A stretch of DNA of 63,982 nucleotides, filler included, from an uncultured bacterium (GCA_964506785.1; 6 parts of 6 records of this genome joined end to end with filler, not necessarily neighbours in it); one strand, 5' to 3'. Shown: positions 19,519-29,347, counted from the first letter of the whole stretch. Made by a program: numbers and translations. Notes: a model not told the origin generated them from the letters alone.

Positions 19519-20058
19519 TCAGAGTGTCAAAGTGTCGGAGTAAATTGAATTGCCTTTAGAATCGATGGCGACGATAGCGGGGAAATCTTTTACTTCAACT
19601 TTAAAGACAGCTTCCGGGCCTAAGTCTTTATAGGCAACCTTCGAAAGCGATTTAATCTTCCGAGATAAATAGGCGGCGGCGCCGCCAATGGTCACCAGAT
19701 AAACCGCTTTGCTTTTCTTTATCGCTTTAATGACCTCTTTACCTCTTTTGCCTTTGCCAATGGTCCCGGCCAGACCTAAAGCAAGAAGCCGGGGAGTAAA
19801 GGCGTCCATTCGAGAACTGGTCGTCGGGCCGATAGCGCCGCTTATCCTCCCCGGCGGGGCCGGGGTGGGGCCGGTATAATATAAAAATTGATTATTTAAA
19901 TCTATGGGGAGGGATTTCTTTTCTTTTATGGCCGTTAGAAACCGCTGGTGGGCTTTGTCACGGGCGGTGTATAAAACACCGGAAATAGAAACCATATCTC
20001 CTTTTCGGAAATCAGCCAGAACTTTTTTATTTTTTATGGGAACGATTAATTTCTTCAT
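19519..20058 (-). CDS. Class I Fe-S hydro-lyase (fumarate hydratase/tartrate dehydratase) beta subunit
   Basis: [26 protein letters not shown]. Confidence 0.92.
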   Translation of the reverse strand: MKKLIVPIKNKKVLADFRKGDMVSISGVLYTARDKAHQRFLTAIKEKKSLPIDLNNQFLYYTGPTPAPPGRISGAIGPTTSSRMDAFTPRLLALGLAGTIGKGKRGKEVIKAIKKSKAVYLVTIGGAAAYLSRKIKSLSKVAYKDLGPEAVFKVEVKDFPAIVAIDSKGNSIYSDTLTL

Positions 20059-20891
20059 ATTTCTGTTTTTGCCCAGCGCAGGGAATGACAGCTTAAATTA
20101 ACCGCCAGAGGCAGGCCGGCAATATGGGTGGGTAAAAGACCCGCCTTGACGGCCAGGGCGGTAAATCTGCCGCCCCAGGCGCCGGCGCCAATACCTAATT
20201 TATTTACCGAAGCAAGAATGCTTTTTTCTAAATGTTTAATATTTCTTTCCCGGCTAACCTTTCCCAGACGCCTGATTAAAATAGTTTTAGAGGTTAAAAC
20301 GGCCTCTTCCAGGGTGCCGCCTATACCCAGGCCGATAAAAAGCGGCGGGCAGGCATTTACTCCCTTTTCTTTAACCAAATTGACCACTTCACCTTCGATA
20401 TCCGAAAGAGAGGAAGTCGGATTGAGCATAACCGTATGGCTGACATTCTCGCTGCCAAAGCCTTTAACCAGAAGGACTATCTTTAATTTATCCCCGGGGA
20501 TAACTTTCTGATGGATAGGAGAAGGGACAAAATCAGTTTTTCCCCTCTCAAGGGGATTAAGAACCACTGAGCGGCGTAAACAACCATCGCGGTAGCCAGC
20601 TTTCACTCCCTGCCAGACGGCTTCTTCTATTGAGCCGTTAGTCAGTTCTATCTCCTGGCCAATCTCTAAAAAAATTATCGGAAGACCCGTATCCTGACAA
20701 AGAGGAATTTTCTTTTTCCGGGCGACGGAGGCGTTTTCCAAGATTTTACCAATGACCCATTTTTCCCGCCCGGAGGCTTTCCTTTGGGCATTTTGCAGGA
20801 GCGCCTTTACCGGCTGAGGCAAATTAAAATTAGCCTCGAAAACCAAGTCTTTAACCTTTTCCGTAATTTTATCAACTTTAATCTTCCGCAT
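20055..20891 (-). CDS. Class I Fe-S hydro-lyase alpha subunit
   Basis: PLCQDTG, KGFGSEN, NACPP, PTHIAGLP.AVN.SCH. Confidence 0.92.
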   Translation of the reverse strand: MRKIKVDKITEKVKDLVFEANFNLPQPVKALLQNAQRKASGREKWVIGKILENASVARKKKIPLCQDTGLPIIFLEIGQEIELTNGSIEEAVWQGVKAGYRDGCLRRSVVLNPLERGKTDFVPSPIHQKVIPGDKLKIVLLVKGFGSENVSHTVMLNPTSSLSDIEGEVVNLVKEKGVNACPPLFIGLGIGGTLEEAVLTSKTILIRRLGKVSRERNIKHLEKSILASVNKLGIGAGAWGGRFTALAVKAGLLPTHIAGLPLAVNLSCHSLRWAKTEI

Positions 20892-21543
20892 ATCTTCCGG
20901 AGAGCCTATCTAAAATTAAATCAGCAATTTTTCTTTTTTTGAGACGGGGGGTGGAAATAAGAGAACCGGCCATTTCTATCAATTTAACCCGGGTGAAATC
21001 CTTCCCCAAGACTCCCCCGGCCTGCTTAAGATTGACACCTACCATTAAATCCGCATTCTTATCGATCAGTTTTTTCCTGGTGAGTTTTTCTAAATGGCCT
21101 GTCTCGGCCGAAAACCCGACGAGTATTCTCTTCCCTTTTCTTCGTCCCAGCCAGGTGAGGATATCGGGATTCCTTAGAAGTTTAAGTAAAATCTCCGAAC
21201 GGCCGCCTTTCTTTATCTTCTTCGAGCTGAATTTTTCCGGACGAAAATCAGCCACGGCAGCAGCCATAATAATTATTCGGGCCTTCCGAAAATTGAGCTT
21301 AACTTCTCTAAACATCTGCCGGGCAGTTTCAACGGTGATCACCTTAAAGGGCAATTTTTTTGAGCAATCCCCGGCGGCAGTGATAAAAATCACCGTCCCT
21401 CCCCGGGAATGAACAGCTTCGGCTAAAGCCAGGCCCATTTTCCCGCTGGAGGCATTGCTGATAAAACGAACCGGGTCAATCGGCTCCCGGGTGCCGCCAG
21501 CGGTAATCAAAACAATCTTTCCCTGGAAATCACGCTTAGACAT
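20878..21543 (-). CDS. coaB: Phosphopantothenate-cysteine ligase (stand-alone CoaB)
   Basis: [38 protein letters not shown]. Confidence 0.92.
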   Translation of the reverse strand: MSKRDFQGKIVLITAGGTREPIDPVRFISNASSGKMGLALAEAVHSRGGTVIFITAAGDCSKKLPFKVITVETARQMFREVKLNFRKARIIIMAAAVADFRPEKFSSKKIKKGGRSEILLKLLRNPDILTWLGRRKGKRILVGFSAETGHLEKLTRKKLIDKNADLMVGVNLKQAGGVLGKDFTRVKLIEMAGSLISTPRLKKRKIADLILDRLSGRYAED

Positions 21544-21618
21544 ACCCTAAAAAGTAGTCAGTAGATAGTAGTCAGTAAACAGTAATATTGTTCACGAGTT
21601 ATGTTCACACTTTGCTGA

Positions 21619-21825
21619 TAAATCTGGCGATTTCTTGAGCGAATCGCAATTTTAGGAAAAGCAGCGTGAATAATTTTGGCTGCCCGCCAAAATTTTTTTG
21701 GCGGGATGGCGAGGACTGTTTGAGCCTCCGCCAAGCATTCTGGCGGGGCGAGTTCCGCAGCCACCAAAATTATTCATGACCTTTACCGTTAAAAAATTGC
21801 CTCTGAGGAGAAATCGGCAGATTTA
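21619..21825. repeat. Nested inverted-repeat (MITE/REP-like) element between coaC and coaB
   Basis: Outer IR 21619-21635/21809-21825 (16/17 match); inner IR 21667-21679/21764-21776 (13/13); two internal CCGCCA...TGGCGG hairpins. Confidence 0.75.
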
Positions 21826-21896
21826 GAAGATTTATCCTTTAAGCTATACTGTAAATCCCACTTCTGAATAATAGAAGATTGTAGTCAATAGATAAA

Positions 21897-22463
21897 TTAT
21901 CGCCGCTTTGCCGGACGCCTTAAAATCTTTAAGGCTTCACTAAGAATTCTATCTACGGAAACTAAACGCCCCTTGCCTTTATCGCCGCTCGATAAACGGC
22001 CGCTTTCCGGACCTAAAAAGTAAAAGCCGGCTTTTTTTAATTTGCCGATATTCTCCTGAACAAAACTATTCGCATACATCTTTTGATGCATGGCCGGACA
22101 AACCAATACCGGGCAAGATAAGGCAATAACTAAGGTAGTGAGAAAATCATCGGCAATACCCTGGGCCATCTTGCCAATTATGTCAGCACTAGCCGGGGCG
22201 ATAATAACCAGACTCACCCTTCGGGCTAAAACAATGTGGTTATCCTGAGAGATTCCTTCCGGAGGAAATAAATCGGTAATAACCGGCTGGCGGGATAAGG
22301 ACCGAAAGGTTAAAGGCCGGATAAATTTTTGGGCGCCTTCGGTCATTACCACGGTAACCTCAAAATTTTTCCGGGCTAAGCGGCTGACCAGTTCGGCCGC
22401 TTTAAAAGCGGCAATACTGCCGCATACCCCAACGACTAATTCCTTCTTTTTCCCTTTTCCCAT
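21897..22463 (-). CDS. coaC: Phosphopantothenoylcysteine decarboxylase (stand-alone CoaC)
   Basis: GVCGSIAAFK, APASADIIGK, PAMH..MY, GKGRL. Confidence 0.9.
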   Translation of the reverse strand: MGKGKKKELVVGVCGSIAAFKAAELVSRLARKNFEVTVVMTEGAQKFIRPLTFRSLSRQPVITDLFPPEGISQDNHIVLARRVSLVIIAPASADIIGKMAQGIADDFLTTLVIALSCPVLVCPAMHQKMYANSFVQENIGKLKKAGFYFLGPESGRLSSGDKGKGRLVSVDRILSEALKILRRPAKRR

Positions 22464-22466
22464 TTT

Positions 22467-22649
22467 TTATAATTTAATCTTTCCCTGGGCAATTTCTTCC
22501 AGGGCTATCGTCGATATCTTCGAGGCTTCGGATTTAACCAACTTAGGAGCGCCATCGTTTAGCTGCTGGGCGCGGCGCGCCGCTAAAACGGTTAGTTTGA
22601 AAATACTATCCACTTTTTTGTTTAAATCTTCCAGGGAAACATATAGCAT
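22467..22649 (-). CDS. rpoZ: RNA polymerase omega subunit
   Basis: SIFKLTVLAARRAQQL, IALEEIAQGK; between gmk and coaC. Confidence 0.92.
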   Translation of the reverse strand: MLYVSLEDLNKKVDSIFKLTVLAARRAQQLNDGAPKLVKSEASKISTIALEEIAQGKIKL

Positions 22650-22655
22650 AATTTA

Positions 22656-23252
22656 TTACCTCATCTGGTTCAGTTTGGATTTTTCTAAAGCGATTTTCTC
22701 CTCTAATTCCCCGACGGCTTCTTCTAATTTGCGGTTAATAATTTGGTAGTCAAAACCGGCAGATTCTTCAATCTCTTCCTTCGCCCGGGCAAGTCTCATA
22801 AAAATCGCTGCTTCACTTTCGGTCCGGCGCTCTTCCAAGCGCTTTTTTAAATCTTCCGGGGTTGGGGGATGGATAAAAATGGAAACCGCATCCGGATAGT
22901 TTTTCTTAATCTGCGAAGCGCCCTGGACGTCAATGGTTAAAACAATATCCCTTCCCTGACGGATAGCTTTATCCAGGGCCTCCCGGGAAGTGCCGTATAA
23001 ATCGCCGTGAACTTCGGCCCATTCGGCAAAAAAATCCGCCTGCCGCTTCTTTAAGAAATCCTCGCGGCTGATAAAAAAATAATCGCGGCCTTCTTTTTCT
23101 CCGTCACGGCAACCGCGGGTGGTGTAAGAAACCGAAAAAAGAAGAGCGCGGTTTCTCTCGGCCAGCCTCTTACAAAGAGTGGTCTTCCCGGCGCCCGAAG
23201 GGGCGGAAATAATGACAATCAATCCGGAAGGTTTAGTTTTCGCTTCCATCAT
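22656..23252 (-). CDS. gmk: Guanylate kinase
   Basis: SAPSGAGKTT, SYTTR..RDGE.EGRDYFF, IDVQGA. Confidence 0.96.
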   Translation of the reverse strand: MMEAKTKPSGLIVIISAPSGAGKTTLCKRLAERNRALLFSVSYTTRGCRDGEKEGRDYFFISREDFLKKRQADFFAEWAEVHGDLYGTSREALDKAIRQGRDIVLTIDVQGASQIKKNYPDAVSIFIHPPTPEDLKKRLEERRTESEAAIFMRLARAKEEIEESAGFDYQIINRKLEEAVGELEEKIALEKSKLNQMR

Positions 23253-24124
23253 TCCAAATTCAAGGACTGCTCGCGGAGTTTCTCTAATTCCGCCTTAATT
23301 TTAATGGCGCTCCTGGATATATTAACTTCGCCCGCTTTATCGTTTAAGGTGTTTATTTCCCGGTGGAGCTCCTGAAGAAAAAAATCGATATTTTTGCCGC
23401 TGGCCTCTTTCAAGATAAGCTGATGCAAAGATTTGAGATGGCTCCTAAAACGGACTGTCTCTTCGGTAAAATCGGAACGGATAAGACTAAAGGCTATCTC
23501 TTTATCCAGACGCTCCCGGTCAATTTTTTTGTCCATCTGAATCTCGCGCAAGCGCTCTTTGAACCTCTTCCTTAATTTCACCCGGCAGGCGGGGAGGAAC
23601 TGCTGAATCCTCGAAAGCTCTTTATCGATAAGACGGAGACGGCCCTTGATATCCTTCTCGATACGCCTTCCTTCTTCCTTGCGGGAAGAAATTAAATTAT
23701 CAAGCGCTTTCTTCAAGGCCCGATGAATGATTAATTTGCCTTTTCTTTCTCTGTCCGGTGAGGAACTGAAATAAAGAACTCCGGGAAAATTGATAACTGC
23801 CTCCAAAGGGATTTGAGAAGAAACCTTAAATTCTCTTTGAAGTTTTTTTAACTTTTTCCCTAAGGATTGAACCAATTCTTTATTTAATTTGAGCTCACCC
23901 AATCCCGAGACACGATTCTCCCAATAAAGGTTTAGAAAAACCATGCCCCTTTTTATTCTTTTTCTTATCTCTTTTTTCAGCTCAGGCTCAAGCGAGGATA
24001 ATTCCCGGGGAAGATTGAGCTTGGAATCGAAAAAACGGTGGTTGACTGATTTTAGCTCAAGTCGTATCTCACCAAGATTCGAACGGATATTTGCTTCACC
24101 ATAGCCGGTCATACTTCGTAACAT
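23249..24124 (-). CDS. yicC: YicC/YloC-family endoribonuclease
   Basis: RSMTGYG, KSVNHRF, DFFLQELHREINT, EKLREQSLNLE. Confidence 0.94.
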   Translation of the reverse strand: MLRSMTGYGEANIRSNLGEIRLELKSVNHRFFDSKLNLPRELSSLEPELKKEIRKRIKRGMVFLNLYWENRVSGLGELKLNKELVQSLGKKLKKLQREFKVSSQIPLEAVINFPGVLYFSSSPDRERKGKLIIHRALKKALDNLISSRKEEGRRIEKDIKGRLRLIDKELSRIQQFLPACRVKLRKRFKERLREIQMDKKIDRERLDKEIAFSLIRSDFTEETVRFRSHLKSLHQLILKEASGKNIDFFLQELHREINTLNDKAGEVNISRSAIKIKAELEKLREQSLNLE

Positions 24125-24171
24125 AAAGGCTATACCTCCTATGTATATAGTTTCGATAGAGGGAACTTATA

Positions 24172-24200
24172 AGTGTAACCTAAATTGAAAGGTTTGTCAA
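24172..24200 (-). promoter_or_regulatory. sigma70 promoter of the yicC-rdgB operon
   Basis: TTGACA-17 bp-TACACT. Confidence 0.7.
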
Positions 24201-24216
24201 GTGCGACTGCCGGGTT

Positions 24217-24268
24217 TGTCAAGCCAAAATAGAAATGTCGTATTGTTACCAAAATAGAAATGTCGTAT
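24217..24268. mobile_element. Probable insertion-sequence end (ISNCY/IS1202- or IS481-like) at the contig break
   Basis: Begins TGT; 20-bp direct repeat CCAAAATAGAAATGTCGTAT at 24224-24243 and 24249-24268. Confidence 0.55.
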
Positions 24269-24368
24269 NNNNNNNNNNNNNNNNNNNNNNNNNNNNNNNN
24301 NNNNNNNNNNNNTTAATTAATTAANNNNNNNNNNNNNNNNNNNNNNNNNNNNNNNNNNNNNNNNNNNN
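24269..24368. other. Artificial contig linker
   Basis: N44-TTAATTAATTAA-N44. Confidence 0.98.
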
Positions 24369-24530
24369 TATGTGGCTGATAAATCACGTTCCAAAAAGCT
24401 TGGCGGCACCGGTTTGGGCCTTTCCATCGTAAAACACATTGTGCTTTTGCATAACGGCAGTATCAAGATAGAAAGCTCCCCTGGTGCTGGCGCCAAATTC
24501 ATCGTTACCCTTCCTATCGACGCATCCTAA
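24369..24530 (+). CDS. Sensor histidine kinase C-terminal fragment, PhoR-like (absent from ORF track)
   Basis: [49 protein letters not shown] (G2 box); upstream of pst genes. Confidence 0.85.
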   Translation, partial: YVADKSRSKKLGGTGLGLSIVKHIVLLHNGSIKIESSPGAGAKFIVTLPIDAS

Positions 24531-24534
24531 ATTC

Positions 24535-24588
24535 CTAACAAAAAATTAACATTTCCCTTATACCCTGTTAACACTAGCGGTGTATCTT
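24535..24588 (+). promoter_or_regulatory. Pho-box-type promoter 1
   Basis: CTAACA/TTAACA/CTTATA/TTAACA at 11-bp period (24535, 24546, 24557, 24568), then TATCTT at 24583. Confidence 0.7.
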
Positions 24589-24597
24589 TTAGTTAAG

Positions 24598-24768
24598 ATG
24601 AAAAAGAAAAAGTCTTTCCAGAGATACAGCCGGATGCTGAAAGATACGGCCAAAAATTACCGTGGATTCAACGTAAACTATGACGATTTAATCAAAATTT
24701 GGCTTGATGGGTACTTAAGGGGAAGAAAAAGAGTTTCTTTAGATAGAAAAAACGGGAGCAAAAATTAA
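24598..24768 (+). CDS. Small basic hypothetical protein (about 56 aa)
   Basis: ATG 10 bp after the predicted -10 element; no recognised homology. Confidence 0.45.
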   Translation: MKKKKSFQRYSRMLKDTAKNYRGFNVNYDDLIKIWLDGYLRGRKRVSLDRKNGSKN

Positions 24769-24818
24769 CCAAAAATTAACAAATAGTTTATATTCCCTTA
24801 ACCACTCAATTGTATAGT
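24765..24818 (+). promoter_or_regulatory. Pho-box-type promoter 2
   Basis: TTAACC/TTAACA/TTTATA/TTAACC at 11-bp period (24765, 24776, 24787, 24798), then TATAGT at 24813. Confidence 0.72.
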
Positions 24819-24854
24819 GTAATTAGAAAATTAAATTTTGGAGGATAAATTTCA

Positions 24855-25082
24855 ATGTGGAGAGTGTCAAAAGATATGGACGGGCATATAGAAGATTATC
24901 AAAAAGAGATGCTGGTCCCTTTTCTTAAAAGAGAGCTTAGGGAAACCGCCGAATTCATTTCCAAAATAGAACGCGGCGAATACATTGAGCTAAAAACTCT
25001 AAAGGCCTTTTTTAATAAGAAATCCTGCCAGGAGAGGCATATCCTGCGCACCCTGCTAAGGGATGAGCCCTCCCTATTTTAA
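24855..25082 (+). CDS. Small hypothetical protein (75 aa)
   Basis: GGAGG RBS; directly downstream of Pho-box promoter 2. Confidence 0.6.
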   Translation: MWRVSKDMDGHIEDYQKEMLVPFLKRELRETAEFISKIERGEYIELKTLKAFFNKKSCQERHILRTLLRDEPSLF

Positions 25083-25290
25083 AATGATAAGACTATGACT
25101 ATATACGATAGTAGTTTCTGGTGTTTGGAAAAAATGAAAGAAAAGGAGGTGAGAACTTACTGTAATATCCGGAGGGATATTGTTCGATTGCCAGGACTAA
25201 ACTATAGAAATAAAGAAGAAACTCTGTGTGAGACGGTTTTACCGTTACATTTAAAAAATAGAGAAAAAACTTTCAAGGAGGTATTAAATA

Positions 25291-26520
25291 ATGAAGAATA
25301 GTAAATTACTGGCAATACTTTGCTTTCTGGCCATAGGGAGCTTGGCTTTGCCTTCTTACGCCAGTCAGATTGATATTCTGGTAGAAAATCTGGTTGATAA
25401 AGGGGTGCTTACTCATGGAGAGGCTCAGCAAATTTTAACCGAGACCAAGGAAGAGATGAGAGCCGAGCTCGCTCAAGGAAAGGTTGAATTTTTACCTTCC
25501 TGGGTTCAGGGGATGAAGGTAGGTGGTGACTTGCGTTTGCGCTATCAATGGGAAGAAAAAACCGGCTCTGAAGACCGCAATCGCGGAAGGTACCGTTTTA
25601 GACTTGGAATGGAAGGAAAGGTAAATGACAAGTTAAAAGCTGCTGCCGGGTTAGCCACTGGTGGTACTGATCCGCGTTCTACCAACCAGACCATGCATAA
25701 TAGCTTTGAGACTCCGGATATAAGATTAGACTATGCTTATGCCCTCTGGGATATTAATCCTCAGTTTATGATGGAAGGTGGTAAGATGCAGGGTGTTAAA
25801 AAATTGCTCTTTAGGCCTTCAGACTTACTCTGGGATTCAGATATTCATCCGGAAGGCGGCCAGCTCAATTTTAAAACCAAGGTTGATAGCCTTGATTTAT
25901 TCATCAATAACGGCTTCTGGGTTCTTGATGAGATAAAAACATCTAGCCATGACCCTTTTATGTTTGTTATTCAGCCTGGGTTCAAGTATAAGTTCAATGG
26001 TAATACCCATCTTAAAGCTGCTCTTGCCTACTATGGCTTTGAAAATGTTCAGGGCTCAGCCCTGGACCATTCTGGAGGGACCAACACCCTGACGTCCAGC
26101 AATGTTTTAAAATATGACTATGATGCTGTTGCTCCCAGTGTCGAATTGGGAATAAAGGAGCCTTTTGGTGATGTTATTCCGTATCTGGCTATATTTGGCG
26201 ATTATATCTATGCCGACGATCCTGGTGATAACAATAAAGGCTGGTTAGCCGGTGTAAAATTTGGCGATGAAAAAATTAAAGATTTTGGCCACTGGCAGCT
26301 TAAATACCAGTACCGGGAATTAGAAAAGGACGCCTGGCTGGATACTTTTCCAGATTCAGACACCTATGGCGGCATCACCGATGTCAAAGGTCATGAAGTA
26401 GTTTTAGCCTTTGGTTTAGGTAAAAACACTGAATTGAACATTGATTATTACCATAGTGAAAGAATAAGCTCTTCTAAAGAGCAAGATTTAGTCCAGGTTG
26501 ACTGGATAATGAAATTTTAA
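25291..26520 (+). CDS. Putative outer-membrane porin
   Basis: Signal peptide, helical N-domain, GDLRLRY start of barrel, alternating beta pattern, terminal Phe; upstream of pstS. Confidence 0.85.
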   Translation: MKNSKLLAILCFLAIGSLALPSYASQIDILVENLVDKGVLTHGEAQQILTETKEEMRAELAQGKVEFLPSWVQGMKVGGDLRLRYQWEEKTGSEDRNRGRYRFRLGMEGKVNDKLKAAAGLATGGTDPRSTNQTMHNSFETPDIRLDYAYALWDINPQFMMEGGKMQGVKKLLFRPSDLLWDSDIHPEGGQLNFKTKVDSLDLFINNGFWVLDEIKTSSHDPFMFVIQPGFKYKFNGNTHLKAALAYYGFENVQGSALDHSGGTNTLTSSNVLKYDYDAVAPSVELGIKEPFGDVIPYLAIFGDYIYADDPGDNNKGWLAGVKFGDEKIKDFGHWQLKYQYRELEKDAWLDTFPDSDTYGGITDVKGHEVVLAFGLGKNTELNIDYYHSERISSSKEQDLVQVDWIMKF

Positions 26521-26536
26521 AGAAAGGAGGAAGAAT

Positions 26537-27343
26537 ATGAAACTAAGTAAGATTTTCTTCGCGCTATGTGTTGCTTTATTTTTTGCCAGCCCCGCGGTTT
26601 TAGCTTTAACCATCAAAGGTTCAACCACGGTACTTCCCATTGCTCAGGCTTGTGCCGAGGTATATATGGACGATAATCCCGGGGTGAACATTTCTGTGCA
26701 GGGTGGCGGCTCAGGGGTAGGAATTGCCTCTTTAATTGATGGCACCTGTGATATTGCCGATGCTTCTCGTTCCATTAAGGACAAGGAATTGGATAAGGCG
26801 GTATCTAACGGAAGAGAGCCCAAGGCTCATGTTGTAGCCATGGACGGAATTGCCGTCATTGTTCATCCATCCAACTCCATATCCGCCATGAAGAAAAGTG
26901 AGATTAAGGCTATTTACACCGGTGGAATCTCTATGTGGTCCTCAGCTGGTGGCAGCGGCGGTAAAATTGTAGTTATCTCCCGTGACAGCGCCAGCGGAAC
27001 CTTTGAAACCTTTAACAATCTGGCTTTAGACAAGGCCAAGGTCAGGCCGGATGCTTTGCTTGAGGCTTCCAATCAGGCGGTTGCCATGACGGTAGCCAGG
27101 ACTCCTGGAGCCATTGGTTATGTGGGTTTAGGCTATGTTTCTTCCAAGGTAAAGGCTGTCTCTGTAAATGGAGTTATGCCTTCCAAAGAGACTGTTCTTT
27201 CCGGTAAGTACATGCTGGCCCGGCCGCTTTTTATGTATACCGATGGGAAACCTACTGGCGTGGTCAAAGATTTCATTGATTTTGTCTTAAGCAGCCAGGG
27301 GCAGAAAATTGCCGAAGAGAATGGATACATCGGACTCAAATAA
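26537..27343 (+). CDS. pstS: Phosphate ABC transporter substrate-binding protein
   Basis: IKGSTTVLP, GGGSGVG, SRDSASGT, signal peptide. Confidence 0.95.
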   Translation: MKLSKIFFALCVALFFASPAVLALTIKGSTTVLPIAQACAEVYMDDNPGVNISVQGGGSGVGIASLIDGTCDIADASRSIKDKELDKAVSNGREPKAHVVAMDGIAVIVHPSNSISAMKKSEIKAIYTGGISMWSSAGGSGGKIVVISRDSASGTFETFNNLALDKAKVRPDALLEASNQAVAMTVARTPGAIGYVGLGYVSSKVKAVSVNGVMPSKETVLSGKYMLARPLFMYTDGKPTGVVKDFIDFVLSSQGQKIAEENGYIGLK

Positions 27344-27376
27344 TACCGTCGTCCAACATTCATTCCTTACCCTCCA

Positions 27377-27407
27377 GGCACGGCAGGTTTCGCCCACCTG
27401 CCGTGTC
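27377..27407 (+). terminator. Stem-loop after pstS (terminator or mRNA stabiliser)
   Basis: GGCACGGCAGGT-loop-ACCTGCCGTGTC. Confidence 0.6.
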
Positions 27408-27614
27408 AAGGTTTTACTTCATAAAAAGAAGTTATTGTTTAAGGTCAAAGCGGGTAGGAAGGTTTTGGCTTTCGGTATTAGTTTTTTGTTTCCTAAACGC
27501 TATACGCTAAATATTGCCCGAACAGGACTCCCTTTAATTAGGGATGAATCGGGTTCGATTTGTTAAGGTTTTAATAGTTGATTAAAAAAAGGTTTTTTGT
27601 TAAATTAGAAGGCA

Positions 27615-28499
27615 ATGTTACGTATAAAAGAAAATATTTATAAATGGATTTTCAGTCTTTTAGCCTTTGCTTCTTTAGCTTTTCTGGTTGGCATAACCGT
27701 TATTCTTTTTAAAGAGGGCCTGCCGTTATTTCGCCAGGTAAAGTTTTTTGATTTTATCTTTGGCAAATACTGGTATCCTACCTATGAACCGCCGGATTTT
27801 GGGATTTTACCGTTAATTCTTGCCTCCATTTGGGTTACGGTTGGCGCTTTATTTATTTGTGTTCCTCTGGGAGTAGGCAGTGCTCTTTATCTAAACGAGT
27901 TAGCCTCCCGGCGTCAGAAGGTTTTTTTGAAGCCGATAATCGAATTACTGGCTGGTATTCCCTCTATTGTTTACGGATTCTTCGGCATGGTAATTGTCGC
28001 CCCGTTTATCCAGAATTTACTCAATCTGCCGGTGGGGCAGACGGCTTTTACGGGCAGCTTAATGTTAGGGATAATGGCTACCCCGACTGTTTGCAGCATT
28101 TCTGAAGATGCCCTTAATTATGTTCCCAAAAGTTTCCGGGAGGCCTCTTTAGCTGTCGGTGCCAATCGCTGGCAGACTCTTACCAGGGTAGTTATCCCGG
28201 CAGCCGGTTCAGGGATTTCCACGGCCATAATTCTCGGGATGAGCAGGGCTGTCGGTGAGACTATGACGGTCCTTATGGTAACCGGGGGAGCGGCGGTTAT
28301 TCCCCGTTCTTTTTTCCAGCCGGTCCGGCCGATGACTTCCACTATTGCCTCTGAAATGGGAGAGGCAGTCATGGGTAGTTCTCATTATCAGGCTTTATTT
28401 GCCATTGGACTTATTCTTTTTTTAATAACCTTAGTATTTAATGTTATTGCCGAACTTATCAGCCGGCGATTCCGGTTAAAATTAGGCCTGGGCAGATGA
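27615..28499 (+). CDS. pstC: Phosphate ABC transporter permease
   Basis: ELLAGIPSIVYG, SRAVGETMTV. Confidence 0.95.
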   Translation: MLRIKENIYKWIFSLLAFASLAFLVGITVILFKEGLPLFRQVKFFDFIFGKYWYPTYEPPDFGILPLILASIWVTVGALFICVPLGVGSALYLNELASRRQKVFLKPIIELLAGIPSIVYGFFGMVIVAPFIQNLLNLPVGQTAFTGSLMLGIMATPTVCSISEDALNYVPKSFREASLAVGANRWQTLTRVVIPAAGSGISTAIILGMSRAVGETMTVLMVTGGAAVIPRSFFQPVRPMTSTIASEMGEAVMGSSHYQALFAIGLILFLITLVFNVIAELISRRFRLKLGLGR

Positions 28500-29347
28500 A
28501 CAGGAAAAAGATTACTCAAAATATGGGTTTTTCTCTTTTATTTCTCTGTATTATTGCCACTTTATTCTTTCTTGGCACACTCATTTACTTTGTTGTTTTT
28601 CGAGGGATCAAGGTTCTATCCTGGGAATTTTTGACCCAGGTTCCGCGAAAGGCCATGACTTCCGGCGGCATTGCCCCGGCGATTGTGGGGACATTTTATC
28701 TTACCCTGGGGGCCATTCTTTTTTCCCTGCCGTTGGGCTTATCCTGTGCTGTTTATCTATGCGAATACAGTCCCAAGGGTTTTATTGTAAACATTATCCG
28801 GATGAGCATTAACAACCTTGCCGGTGTTCCCTCGGTGGTATTTGGTCTTTTTGGCTTGGGTATATTCGTTAAATTTTTTGGTTTTGGTGTCTCTATTCTT
28901 TCCGGGGCCCTTACCCTGGGCATCATGGTACTTCCCAGTATCATCTCTGCTTCTCAGGAGGCTTTACTTGCCGTTCCCCAGTCCTACCGGGAGGCTTCTT
29001 TAGCCGTAGGGGCTACTCACTGGCAGACGATTAAGAGGATAGTTTTACCGACGGCTTTACCGGGAATTTTAACTGGAGTAATTTTAAGCGTCGGCCGGGT
29101 AGCAGGGGAGACCGCTCCCATTCTTTTTACCGCGGCCACATTTTATACTAGAGGATATCCCGGATCTATATTTTCCGAAGTTATGGCTTTACCTTATCAC
29201 ATTTATGCCCTTATGACTGAAGGCACCCATCCTCACGAGCAGACCCAGATTGCTTATGGATGCGCTTTGGTTCTTTTAGTTTTAGTTCTTTTGATATCGG
29301 CCCTGGCCATTTATATCCGGCAAAGGCATAGGAAGGTTTATGAATAA
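28496..29347 (+). CDS. pstA: Phosphate ABC transporter permease
   Basis: [23 protein letters not shown]. Confidence 0.95.
   Translation: MNRKKITQNMGFSLLFLCIIATLFFLGTLIYFVVFRGIKVLSWEFLTQVPRKAMTSGGIAPAIVGTFYLTLGAILFSLPLGLSCAVYLCEYSPKGFIVNIIRMSINNLAGVPSVVFGLFGLGIFVKFFGFGVSILSGALTLGIMVLPSIISASQEALLAVPQSYREASLAVGATHWQTIKRIVLPTALPGILTGVILSVGRVAGETAPILFTAATFYTRGYPGSIFSEVMALPYHIYALMTEGTHPHEQTQIAYGCALVLLVLVLLISALAIYIRQRHRKVYE

Noticed and set aside
21558-21767. 69-aa ORF between coaC and coaB
   Set aside because: Lies across the palindromic element and heptamer array; probably spurious.
25095-25301. 68-aa ORF upstream of the porin
   Set aside because: Weak RBS and no recognisable features; may be untranslated leader.
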